A DNA stretch of 64,000 nt from Takakia lepidozioides (lineage: Eukaryota; Plantae; Bryophyta), in NCBI GenBank assembly GCA_030704615.1, contig CM060732.1:76880001-76944000 (forward strand). Reading direction: 5' to 3'. A program made the translations under genes and the position numbers. The number at the start of each line of letters is the position of its first letter. Position 1 is the first letter of the stretch. Shown here in pieces: positions 1 through 12,400 of this stretch. Below the pieces are notes generated by a model. That model did not search any database and was not told the origin of the DNA. It saw only the letters and a list, made by a program, of their open reading frames with translations.

Positions 1-3000
1 GGTTCATTTCACACTCACACAGGTGCCCCTGAAGTCCAATTTTGCACCCAGAAACATTGAAATGCTCAGCTCAAACAGTGTGCGTTGCCGCACACTGTCT
101 GAGCTGGCAGTGAAGGGTTCTTTTCACACTCACACAGGTGCCCCTGAAGTCCAAATATTTCACCCAGAAACATTGAAATGCTCAGCTCAAACAGTGTGCG
201 TTGCCGCACACTGTCTGAGCTGGCAGTGAAGGGTTCATTTCACACTCACACAGGTGCCCCTGAAGTCCAAATTTTGCACCCAGAAACATTGAAATGCTCA
301 GCTCAAACAGTGTGCGTTGCCGCACACTGTCTGAGCTGGCAGTGAAGGGTTCTTTTCACACTCACACAGGTGCCCCTGAAGTCCAAATATTTCACCCAGA
401 AACATTGAAATGCTCAGCTCAAACAGTGTGCGTTGCCGCACACTGTCTGAGCTGGCAGTGAAGGGTTCATTTCACACTCACACAGGTGCCCCTGAAGTCC
501 AAATTTTGCACCCAGAAACATTGAAATGCTCAGCTCAAACAGTGTGCGTTGCCGCACACTGTCTGAGCTGGCAGTGAAGGGTTCTTTTCACACTCACACA
601 GGTGCCCCTGAAGTCCAAATATTTCACCCAGAAACATTGAAATGCTCAGCTCAAACAGTGTGCGTTGCCGCACACTGTCTGAGCTGGCAGTGAAGGGTTC
701 TTTTCACACTCACACAGGTGCCCCTGAAGTCCAAATATTTCACCCAGAAACATTGAAATGCTCAGCTCAAACAGTGTGCGTTGCCGCACACTGTCTGAGC
801 TGGCAGTGAAGGGTTCTTTTCACACTCACACAGGTGCCCCTGAAGTCCAAATATTTCACCCAGAAACATTGAAATGCTCAGCTCAAACAGTGTGCGTTGC
901 CGCACACTGTCTGAGCTGGCAGTGAAGGGTTCTTTTCACACTCACACAGGTGCCCCTGAAGTCCAAATTTTTGCACCCAGAAACATTGAAATGCTCAGCT
1001 CAAACAGTGTGCGTTGCCGCACACTGTCTGAGCTGGCAGTGAAGGGTTCATTTCACACTCACACAGGTGCCCCTGAAGTCCAATTTTTGCACCCAGAAAC
1101 ATTGAAATGCTCAGCTCAAACAGTGTGCGTTGCCGCACACTGTCTGAGCTGGCAGTGAAGGGTTCTTTTCACACTCACACAGGTGCCCCTGAAGTCCAAA
1201 TATTTCACCCAGAAACATTGAAATGCTCAGCTCAAACAGTGTGCGTTGCCGCACACTGTCTGAGCTGGCAGTGAAGGGTTCTTTTCACACTCACACAGGT
1301 GCCCCTGAAGTCCAAATTTTGCACCCAGAAACATTGAAATGCTCAGCTCAAACAGTGTGCGTTGCCGCACACTGTCTGAGCTGGCAGTGAAGGGTTCTTT
1401 TCACACTCACACAGGTGCCCCTGAAGTCCAAATTTTGCACCCAGAAACATTGAAATGCTCAGCTCAAACAGTGTGCGTTGCCGCACACTGTCTGAGCTGG
1501 CAGTGAAGGGTTCTTTTCACACTCACACAGGTGCCCCTGAAGTCCAAATATTTCACCCAGAAACATTGAAATGCTCAGCTCAAACAGTGTGCGTTGCCGC
1601 ACACTGTCTGAGCTGGCAGTGAAGGGTTCATTTCACACTCACACAGGTGCCCCTGAAGTCCAAATTTTTGCACCCAGAAACATTGAAATGCTCAGCTCAA
1701 ACAGTGTGCGTTGCCGCACACTGTCTGAGCTGGCAGTGAAGGGTTCTTTTCACACTCACACAGGTGCCCCTGAAGTCCAAATATTTCACCCAGAAACATT
1801 GAAATGCTCAGCTCAAACAGTGTGCGTTGCCGCACACTGTCTGAGCTGGCAGTGAAGGGTTCTTTTCACACTCACACAGGTGCCCCTGAAGTCCAAATAT
1901 TTCACCCAGAAACATTGAAATGCTCAGCTCAAACAGTGTGCGTTGCCGCACACTGTCTGAGCTGGCAGTGAAGGGTTCTTTTCACACTCACACAGGTGCC
2001 CCTGAAGTCCAATTTTTGCACCCAGAAACATTGAAATGCTCAGCTCAAACAGTGTGCGTTGCCGCACACTGTCTGAGCTGGCAGTGAAGGGTTCTTTTCA
2101 CACTCACACAGGTGCCCCTGAAGTCCAAATTTTGCACCCAGAAACATTGAAATGCTCAGCTCAAACAGTGTGCGTTGCCGCACACTGTCTGGCTGGCAGT
2201 GAAGGGTTCTTTTCACACTCACACAGGTGCCCCTGAAGTCCAAATATTTCACCCAGAAACATTGAAATGCTCAGCTCAAACAGTGTGCGTTGCCGCACAC
2301 TGTCTGAGCTGGCAGTGAAGGGTTCATTTCACACTCACACAGGTGCCCCTGAAGTCCAATTTTGCACCCAGAAACATTGAAATGCTCAGCTCAAACAGTG
2401 TGCGTTGCCGCACACTGTCTGAGCTGGCAGTGAAGGGTTCTTTTCACACTCACACAGGTGCCCCTGAAGTCCAAATATTTCACCCAGAAACATTGAAATG
2501 CTCAGCTCAAACAGTGTGCGTTGCCGCACACTGTCTGAGCTGGCAGTGAAGGGTTCTTTTCACACTCACACAGGTGCCCCTGAAGTCCAAATATTTCACC
2601 CAGAAACATTGAAATGCTCAGCTCAAACAGTGTGCGTTGCCGCACACTGTCTGAGCTGGCAGTGAAGGGTTCTTTTCACACTCACACAGGTGCCCCTGAA
2701 GTCCAAATTTTTGCACCCAGAAACATTGAAATGCTCAGCTCAAACAGTGTGCGTTGCCGCACACTGTCTGAGCTGGCAGTGAAGGGTTCTTTTCACACTC
2801 ACACAGGTGCCCCTGAAGTCCAAATTTTGCACCCAGAAACATTGAAATGCTCAGCTCAAACAGTGTGCGTTGCCGCACACTGTCTGAGCTGGCAGTGAAG
2901 GGTTCTTTTCACACTCACACAGGTGCCCCTGAAGTCCAAATATTTCACCCAGAAACATTGAAATGCTCAGCTCAAACAGTGTGCGTTGCCGCACACTGTC

Positions 3001-4103
3001 TGAGCTGGCAGTGAAGGGTTCATTTCACACTCACACAGGTGCCCCTGAAGTCCAATTTTGCACCCAGAAACATTGAAATGCTCAGCTCAAACAGTGTGCG
3101 TTGCCGCACACTGTCTGAGCTGGCAGTGAAGGGTTCTTTTCACACTCACACAGGTGCCCCTGAAGTCCAAATATTTCACCCAGAAACATTGAAATGCTCA
3201 GCTCAAACAGTGTGCGTTGCCGCACACTGTCTGAGCTGGCAGTGAAGGGTTCTTTTCACACTCACACAGGTGCCCCTGAAGTCCAAATATTTCACCCAGA
3301 AACATTGAAATGCTCAGCTCAAACAGTGTGCGTTGCCGCACACTGTCTGAGCTGGCAGTGAAGGGTTCTTTTCACACTCACACAGGTGCCCCTGAAGTCC
3401 AAATTTTGCACCCAGAAACATTGAAATGCTCAGCTCAAACAGTGTGCGTTGCCGCACACTGTCTGAGCTGGCAGTGAAGGGTTCATTTCACACTCACACA
3501 GGTGCCCCTGAAGTCCAATTTTTGCATCCAGAAACATTGAAATGCTCAGCTCAAACAGTGTGCGTTGCCGCACACTGTCTGAGCTGGCAGTGAAGGGTTC
3601 ATTTCACACTAACATAACAGACATCAAGACCAAATTTTGAACCCTAAAACATTGAAAAGGTCTGCTCAAACATTGTGCGTTGCCGCACGCTGTTTGAGCT
3701 GGTTTTGAAGGGTTCATTTCAACCTCAGATAACAGACAGCAAAGACCAAATTTTGCACCCAGAAACACCGAAATGCCCAGCTCAAACAGTGTGCGTTGCC
3801 GCACACTGTCTGAGCTGGCAGTGAAGGGTTCATTTCACACTCACACAGGTGCCCCTGAAGTCCAAATTTTGCACCCATAAACATTGAAATGCTCAGCTCA
3901 AACAGTGTGCGTTGCCGCACACTGTCTGGGCTGGCAGTGAAGGGTTCTTTTCACACTCACACAGGTGCCCCTGAAGTCCAAATTTTGCACCCAGAAACAT
4001 TGAAATGCTCAGCTCAAACAGTGTGCGTTGCCGCACACTGTCTGGGCTGGCAGTGAAGGGTTCGTTTCACCCTCACATAACAGACATCAAGACCAAATTT
4101 TGC
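1..4103. repeat. Tandem satellite, ~116-bp monomer, ~35 copies, open at the left window edge
   Basis: Near-identical head-to-tail monomers GGTTC(A/T)TTTCACACTCACACAGGTGCCCCTGAAGTCC...GGCAGTGAAG. Diverged monomers at ~3600-3780 and ~4060-4103 mark the array edge. Confidence 0.98.
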
Positions 4104-4123
4104 AAGACCAATGGTTCTTTCTT

Positions 4124-4645
4124 TCACAAATACCTGCCATTCAAAGCCGAATTCTTCACAAATATGGGTCGTGTGGATTTTACCTTTTTCGTAGCTACTC
4201 GAGAAGACTCCCCAGTTGCCGGGGACGCTTTCCGCTTGGGGCTGCTCTCTTCGCCGACTATGTAGGTGAGCCTCTCCCCCTTCCTCTTTCCCGTGGTCAG
4301 ATCGTTCGTGAGGCCAGTGTCAACATCTTCCTCCATGTCGTCTGTCTCTCCCTCAGACGCAGTGTCCTCCTCGCCTGTTCCTGGAACTATGGTGGGTTGT
4401 TGTTCTTCTCCAGATTCCTGCTCCTCCATCGCCACACTTTCCTGTATTCCCTCTTCTTCCTCCTTTTCCTCTTCCTCCACTCTTTCCATCCTCATTCTAT
4501 ATCTAGCTCTATTCCTGTTTCTAGAACTCGTGAAGTATAATGACTTCCTTCTCTTTCTCCTCCGCTGGAAACAAGGGCTCCCCACGATGCCCCTGGAGCT
4601 CTCCAGTTTGACGTTTGCAACAAGTTCTGGTATCGCATGTAACAA
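4124..4645 (-). other. Acidic low-complexity ORF fragment, divergent from the transposase and ending next to the satellite
   Basis: E/D-rich 173-aa ORF with basic patches (GKRKG, PKRK). No domain recognised. Confidence 0.25.
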
Positions 4646-5437
4646 AAATAAAAATGGACGTTGTCAACCGTATTTGGATGCGGGTGTTGATATTGTGTGC
4701 GAACGGAATTCATCCATTTTGTCGTCTTTGTATTACCCAGCTAATAAAGCGCCGAAGAAAAAGAATATCCGTTGCATGCATTTGCGATATATGTCAGATG
4801 TGCTTCGCCGCCTGCCAATACATGGCGGCCTCCTTGCCTTCTTTCAAATTCGAATGCGCCGTAGAAATGTAGTGCTTTTTCAATTCCGAGCAGTTCTTCC
4901 AGATTCGCAATAATTGTTATGCTTCACATATGCATCCACGTGTGTTGTGCTGCATGCCCTGTGGTTTTTTTTATGCCGTGACCGTCCCCATGGGGTCATT
5001 CGGTATAAAGGATTGTGTCGGATATGACCATGTGTTGCACACATTCGTGCGAGGTATCTCTTGAAGTGTCGGTGTTTGTTCTGTGCTATTCTGGCGCAAC
5101 ACAATCTCATTACAATCGGATCTTCCTGTTTACTGCTCTCCAGGGTTGTTGCCGTCATTTCATAATGGATGGTTTCATGTCAATTTCAGGGTTTGTTTTC
5201 CATCCAAAAACAGTACGGCTTCTTGTGGCTCTGGTCTTTCAAAACCGTTTTTCTGGTTGGTGGGAGGTGAATGTGCACGTCATCCCTACATCCTTGGCAT
5301 GCATCGCCGGCAGCCTTGGGTTTGGTGCTACCCTTGTTGACCTCAGTTTGCTGGTGGTATTTCCACTTTCGATAATTACGGGCTCTCAGTTCGGGGATTC
5401 CGTTCTGCATCGGCAGTTTCGTTCAGTGCTGGAAAAC

Positions 5438-8400
5438 ATGTCGAGGGAGCGAGATGCACTCGCTCGATTCCATTCCAATGCAGGTACTCTTCCACTGACT
5501 GCCACTGCAGACGACGATGGGTATGCAGTTGTTCATGAGGATGAGCTGGTTACAGTGTTCCCGCTGGAGTTGGGTTCTCTGCTTGTTCAGAAAGAGGTGT
5601 ATGACGAGGATGGGAATTTGGATTCTGGGCACTTGGAGAAACCCTTGGTTGGCGAGTGTGGAAGGAAGTGGAGAGTCCTTCCAGGAACATACCGTGTCCT
5701 TGGAAAAGAGAGAAGACAATCAGCAGGATCAGTCGTTACCCCTGGCACTGCAGCATCGGTCGTGCAACAGAAGGGCACAGTTCCTGTGAAACAAGAGGTG
5801 AGCACATCCACTACCTTCGTTACTCTTTCGGACTCGTCCTCGGAGGATGTTTCTGAGATTCCTCCGCCAGTGCAAACTCCCTTATTGGATGATGACGAAT
5901 TGCGCGAGATAACAAGTGTCATTCCAAAATTGAAAGCCCTCGCAGGTGTGCCTGGGTGCAAGAGCGAGCTACGTTTTGTTGATTGGGAGTCCCTTCCAGT
6001 GCAACGTGTTCAATACGTGCCAGCTCAGTTTGATGGGGACATCTTGTTTGAGCTCAACCCTCCCACGTCTTCCAGTGGACTGGCTGGGCTTCTGCAGGGC
6101 ATGGACAAGAAACATGACGGACATCCTTGGTGCAGGACAAAAACTTCGAACATCCATAACGACATTGGCTTGAAATTTCGGAGGTCGGTTTGCGTTGGGC
6201 ATTGCAAGTGCCTGAATATTTCTTGCCCTCGGCTGAGAAACAGCGCTCAGCCAAACGAAAGTGAGTGGGAAGGTGTGCCCCTGAATCCTTTCACCCCAGG
6301 GCTTGCACCTCCCAATACCAATACTTTTGTGTGCAGGTTCTGCAAACTTTCCCCGTCCTGTGTTTCTGTTTGCCACGCTCGTATGTATCAGGTGGCACAT
6401 CGATGCAAGACAATGACTCGTGCCTGCATTCATATGGGTGCACACGAGCATCCTGTGTCCAAAGGGAGTTGCAGGGATAGCGTGGACATCGCTAGAAATC
6501 TACTGAAGCAAGAGTTCCATAATGCCCCTTCTGCAACACCTTCTGCTATAGCGCTTGCAGCTAGCAAGGCATTCCTGGAAAAACACATACTGGGTGAAGG
6601 GGATTCGACACAGCCAATGCTGGATGCAGATTCCCTTGAGGCAGTCATGGACCATTTCTCCGTGTTGAGCTCTCCCAATATTCGAAACCAGGTGAATGCA
6701 CTCAGAATGGGCACAGGCACTGCTGGATTCATGGACAACATTATGGACCTCAAACGGAGGAGTCGCTATGAATTCATTCAAAACAGTATGTTCCCTGGCC
6801 AGGGCTCGTCCAAAGTGTATTTGTTCAAGATGTCCGCTGTGGGCCAAGGCAGTGGTGTGAGCATTGTCCGCCGAATGCAACCTGGAGGAGATTTGGCTAA
6901 ATGTTGGTTAATGTTTGATCACTGCAAACGGGTGAAGGGTTGGACAACCATGGCGTGCCATGTGTATGATCCAGCGTACCAGCGTGTGCTCTCCATAGCA
7001 ATTTGTGATATGCAGTCGGAGGACACTGAATCCCAGATGCTCATGTGGAAGTCCCTCCTGACCGTCATGCAGCGCAATGGAATACAGAACACAAACTTTG
7101 CGGGCTTCATGGCTGATAGTGCACAGGCAAATTTCAATGCAGTGCGGCGCGTGTTTGGTTCTGGGGATCCTAAGGTCCCCATGGAAAATAGGGAGCGCAC
7201 ATGCCTCTTCCATTGGAGTCAATCTCTGGCACGTCATACAAAGCGCTGCATTCGCCCTGACCTTCAGTTGGAGCATAGAAGGCTCTGTCTGAAGTACAAG
7301 AATGCCACCTCAATGGGAGAAGCAGAGAGCACTTACCAGGCAATCCGGGCTTGGTGGTTCTCCGCTGGTGCTGCTACAGGTATCCACCTGAAGGAGTTGG
7401 AGGACTGGTTGGTTTTCTGGCACTTCAGGTACAGACAGTGGGGAGCTTTCATGACGACGGTAAGCCTCACAAGTTTTCCTTAAACACAAATTGCACTTTG
7501 CATCGTGCCTGTTCATTTGGGGTTGTTCGATTGTCACTTGAATAACCTCTACCATTTCTTTTCCTTCCTCACATTTCCATGCAATGCCTCCTGCAGGACA
7601 TGTCCTTGGAGGACTTGGCCGACATGCCATCGTGTAATTTGGCAGAGACTGTTCACAACGCCTGGATGCAACAGTCTACCAAAGCAGGTCGTGACTTGTA
7701 TGTGGCCACTGCTGATGACATGGTGCGGGCACTTACACAACAAACCAGGTACCGCAATTTTCTGATGGGACGGGGTGGAGGGAAGGGCCCCGATTCGACT
7801 TTGTTGATGCTAAGGGCTGCGAGTAGGTCCGGAGACCCGTCAAAGATGGCCAGAGCTCTAAACAGGTGCACTGAAGGTTCCCCTCTGCAATCCAGGCTCC
7901 CCCATTTGGAAGGCGAGGAAAGATTTGGATCATGCAAAAGGAAATTAAACACTCTTCCAGGGTCAGATGGAGATTCCCATAGGCCAGACAGGGTCAATTT
8001 CTCTGTGCCAAAGGTGTCTCCAGTGCAGACTAAGTCCTGTGCCGGCCCCTTCCCAGGTGGGTCCTCCTCCTGTGGAGCAGGTGCGGAACATGCAAGCATA
8101 GCAGCGGAAATCCCATTGGAGGAGGTGGTGGCCATGGTGCAGGAATCTGATTGCATTGATAGTGACTGGCATATAGAACGCACCCCACCAGGATCTAGAG
8201 TGGCTTGCATGGCAATTCGGACCCCCTCTTTCAAGAAATGCAAATCAAAAATATGCAAAGGCTCCAGGGGGACTCCAGCTCCAACATTCACAGGGTTGTT
8301 CCGACCTTATCATAGTGGGGAGTCAAAAGAGCACAAGTTTTGGTTCTGCCCAGACGATATGGCACGATGCGTGAAGGGAACAGTTCGTCCTTCCGTGATA

Positions 8401-9009
8401 ATGAAGCCCCCTCCCCCCGCAATTTGGCCTGTGCAAATTGGGACATCGCTGTCCTCAACCGAGATAAGCATGCTGGAGGAGGGAGGGTTTTGTCTTGCAC
8501 GGTCCCGGGTGGTGCCCTTATGCACTGTCGGCACAGATGTGCCACATGCTCCGACAATGCCTCCACCCGGTGCCAACTCCCACCCAACAAAAAGAGATGG
8601 AAAAACAGTGCGCCGTGTTGCTTCGGGTGCAGATCACGAATGCAAGATGGAATCGGCTAGAATTTTGCAGGCTACGGTGGCTCGTATCACCGAAGTCCCT
8701 TCCCCGGGGTATGGACGGATTTACACAGTGCTGTCAATTGGCTCAGTTCTTCATGCCAAAGAATATCAAGTTACCATTGGGAATTTCCCATCGTGCACTT
8801 GTCCGGATTTTGTAACGATGCGTGAGGGCGCTCTCGGCATGAGAGGGAAGTGGGTCCCCTGCAAGCATCAATATTACATATACCTTGTAATTATGTGTTG
8901 CGACGGTAAGAGAGACCAATTCATTCACCAAGCCACACTAGGCTACGGAGAAGTCATCACCCTTCTGCAGCGGGACACCTCGCGTAGAGCTCCGCCAACT
9001 TCTCTTTGA
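5438..9009 (+). CDS. Mutator-like (MULE) DDE transposase with GCM-like Zn finger and C-terminal SWIM; exons 5438-7459 and 7597-9009
   Basis: MULE motifs LMFD, FMAD, CLFHW and NLAETVHN; SWIM CTC-x(n)-CKH; GCM-like W..T.N..N...C.G...C...C..CxxC..C..H.G.H.HP. A phase-0 GT-AG intron at 7460-7596 (GTAAGC...CTGCAG) joins the two ORFs in frame. Start codon is uncertain (frame is open from 5015). Confidence 0.85.
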
Positions 9010-9324
9010 ACACATACGAGCCATGCCCGCTTCCCATGCTGGTTTCCAGGTTGCCGTGTGAAGACTTTTCATTTTATGACAAACATATACATTTCGTTCA
9101 CTTGTGAGGGCAAATGCACTTGCGATTCATTGTAAGCGTCTCTCTGTGAATTGAAATAAACTGTGTCAATCATTCTGAGCTCAAATCTGACATGTTTACA
9201 TATTCCTCTTTTTTGGCACGCATTGCAGACATGGTGCATGGTGGCCTCCTTTGTTTTGTCCACGGTAATAGGCCCTCTTCCTGCAATCCTCGCCTATAGG
9301 ACCTGCTTCTCCAGCAGATTCATG

Positions 9325-9428
9325 CCGCTCACGCTTCCCTGAAGCGTGAGCTCAGCTCACGCTTCAAAGCTTGAACGTGAGCTCAGCTCCCAGGCTCACG
9401 GGGCTGGGCTCACGCCGTAGCTACGCTG
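9325..9428. mobile_element. Probable right terminus of the MULE-like element (hairpin-rich, GCTCACG/CGTGAGC repeats)
   Basis: Near-perfect palindrome GAAGCGTGAGCTCAGCTCACGCTTC at 9341-9365, repeated GCTCAC motifs, then an abrupt junction with gypsy pol sequence at ~9429. Confidence 0.5.
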
Positions 9429-9439
9429 GAGAAACAGTC

Positions 9440-12400
9440 ATGGACTTTGATGATTCTATGCCAGTAATCCAATTGAGAATTGGAAGCACAGAACTAACTG
9501 ATGTACTGATAGATGGAGGCTCTGGAATAAATATCATGACAGACCAATTAAGAAAGAAGCTTGGTCTAAGTAACATGAAACCAGCCCCATTTACAGTAAC
9601 AATGGCAGATCAAAGGAGTGTACAGCCATTGGGATTGATAAGAGGAGTTAAGATACAGATACAAAAGATGATCTTTATGATCACAGTAACTGTGTTGAAG
9701 ATGGATGAAGTCATGGAGGCTTACTCCTTATTATTGGGACGTCCGTGGCTGAAACAGGCCAGGGTATTCCATGACTGGAATTCTCAGTTACTAACCGTGC
9801 ATAATGGGATGCACGAGATACAAATTACCACAAAGAAATCTAGTAGATTACCTGCTACGAGAAGACCTCGAGGGGTCAGAGAGTATGACTGGAGAGGAGG
9901 ACTGGATGAGGAGCAGGAAGCTACCCTGTTTGCTGCACACCCAGAGTGGGAGCAAGTTGCAGAGATGCGGCTGGAAGGCCTAAGTTGTTTAAGAGGTATC
10001 TGCTGTGGTGTAGTATCAGCAACACCAATTGAAGAGGAAACCAGCAGTTACCCATCACATTTCCATGAAGAAAGAGAAGGAGAAATGGAAATCCTAGAGG
10101 AACCAGCCACTGTGAGTTTACAGGATGAAATGGTGACTGGTTGGACAATCACAGCTGATGAGCAGGTGAGGGAAGTGAATGTGGGAACTGAAGAGGAACC
10201 GAGGATGGTGAAGGTAGGAGCTGAATTGGAGCCAGAATTCTTTGAAGAAGCTAAGAGTTTGTTCATCAAATACAAAGATGTATTTGCTTGGAGCTATGAG
10301 GATCTAAAAGGGATACCACCTGAAATCTGTCAGCATAAGATTGAACTGGAACCAGTATCAGTACCAATCAAGCAGGCAAGGTACAGAATGAATCCCAACT
10401 ATGCACAGAAGGTTGGAGAAGAGATCAAGAAGTTGGCTGAGGCTACGTTTATATACCCAATAGAGTATACAACTTGGTTGTCACCCATTGTGATAGTTCC
10501 CAAGAAGAATGGTAAACTAAGAGTTTGTGTGAACTACAAGAAGCTGAATGCTTGTACGAAGAAAGATCCTTTCCCTTTGCCATTCACAGAAGCAGTATTG
10601 GACACTGTGGCAGGCCATGAGATGTACTCATTCATGGATGGCTTCAGTGGTTATAATCAAGTGCAAGTGGCAGAAGAAGACCAAGGAAAGACAGCTTTCA
10701 TCACAGACTGGGGTGCTTATGCATACAAAGTCATGCCCTTTGGACTTTGTAATGCACCGGCAACCTTTCAGAGAGTGATAAGTGAATCTTTTCATGAGTA
10801 TCTGGATGATTTCATGCAGGTATTCTTGGATGATTTCAGTGTGTACAGCTCTAAGAATGAGCACTTGCATAAATTGGAGTTATGTCTGGCCAGATGCAGG
10901 ATGAGAGGTCTGGGCCTGAATCCAGAGAAGTGTACTTTCTGTGTGGACTCAGGGGTGCTACTGGGACACATTATGTGTAAGAGGGGACTTCTTGTGGATC
11001 CCAGGAAAACAGAGGCCATTAAAGCCTCACCACCACCAGTGAATGTTAAGAGTCTAAGGAGAATCCTTGGACAAACCAGCTATTACAGAAGATTTGTCAG
11101 ACGGTATGCACAGATAGCAGCACCATTGAGCAAACTTCTGAAGAAAGATGCAGTGTTTGCATGGACACCTGAATGTCAACATGAACTTACATTGTCAGTA
11201 ACAACTACACCTGTGCTGATTAACCCTCACTGGCATGTAGTATTCCATGTTCACTGCGATGCATCAGGAGAAGCGTTGGGAGCGGTGTTAGCCCAGAATG
11301 TTACAGGGAATATAGATTCACCTGTGTACTATGCTAGCCGGTTGATGAACAATGCTGAGAGGACCTATAGCACAACGGAAAGAGAAGCATTGGCAATGAT
11401 CTATGCAGTGAAGAAATTCAGGCATTACCTGTTGGGCAAGAAGTTTATGTTCTATGTGGATCACCAGGCTCTGATATACCTGGTAAACAAACCTCTGATA
11501 AGCGGAAGAATAGCAAGATGGTTGATAATCTTGCACGAGTTTGAGTTCGAGGTTGTTTACAAGCCTGGAAGACTGCATCTTGTGGCGGATCATTTGTCAC
11601 GATTGTCAACAGGAGAACCAGCCACAGGAATAGATGATCAATTACCAGATGCGAGTCTATTTGCAGTGGAGGTGCAGGGAAGTGCAGATGACTGGTTAGA
11701 TTGGCAGTGGCCAATCAGATACTACCTTGTTCATGGTCAGTGCCCACCAAGTTATGGAAAGGAGCAGAGAAAGAGAATTGCTATCAAGGCTCTACCTTAC
11801 ACTATGGTAGGGAGCAGAATGTATAAGCTAGGACCAGATGGAGTGCTGAAGCGATGCTTATACCACCATGAAGTTAAGAAAGTTTTGGAGGAAGTTCATA
11901 AAGGAGTGGCAGGAGGTCATTTTGGAGAAGAGACTACCAGTAGAAAGATACTACATGCAGGTTACTGGTGGCCTACTTTGTTCAAAGATGTACACAAGTA
12001 TTGTCAGAGTTGTGATGAATGTCAGCGGCTAGGACCTTTGCAGAGATCTGGGAAGATGGCTTTGCATCCTACAATGCCTACGGAACCATTTCAAAAATGG
12101 GGACTAGACTTTGTTGGACCAATTAACCCACCAGCCAAGAATACACAAAATAGGTACATAATTACAGCCACTGATTATACTACAAAGTGGGTGGAAGCTA
12201 AAGCTTTGAGGGACAATACAACCAAGTCCACAGCAAGGTTCCTGTATGAGAACATACTTACACGATTTGGCTGTCCCTTGGAATTTATCAGTGATCAGGG
12301 AAGTCACTTCATTAATGAGACCATTGAATTATTGACTAAAGAGTTCATGATTGTGCATAGGAAGAGTACAACATATTACCCACAGGGTAATGGACAGGCA

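Noticed and set aside
1-4103. 5S rDNA or tRNA array (monomer near 120 bp)
   Set aside because: No 5S consensus, no gene-plus-spacer organisation and no cloverleaf recognised.
23-4265. Repeated short ORFs in the satellite
   Set aside because: By-products of a 116-bp repeat; they open and close with 1-bp monomer variants.
5015-5437. Hydrophobic N-terminal extension of the transposase ORF
   Set aside because: Non-ATG start and T-rich, UTR/intron-like composition; not excluded, but unsupported.
9371-9439. N-terminal extension of the 1212-aa pol ORF
   Set aside because: Non-ATG start lying in the adjacent element terminus; not present in copies B or D.
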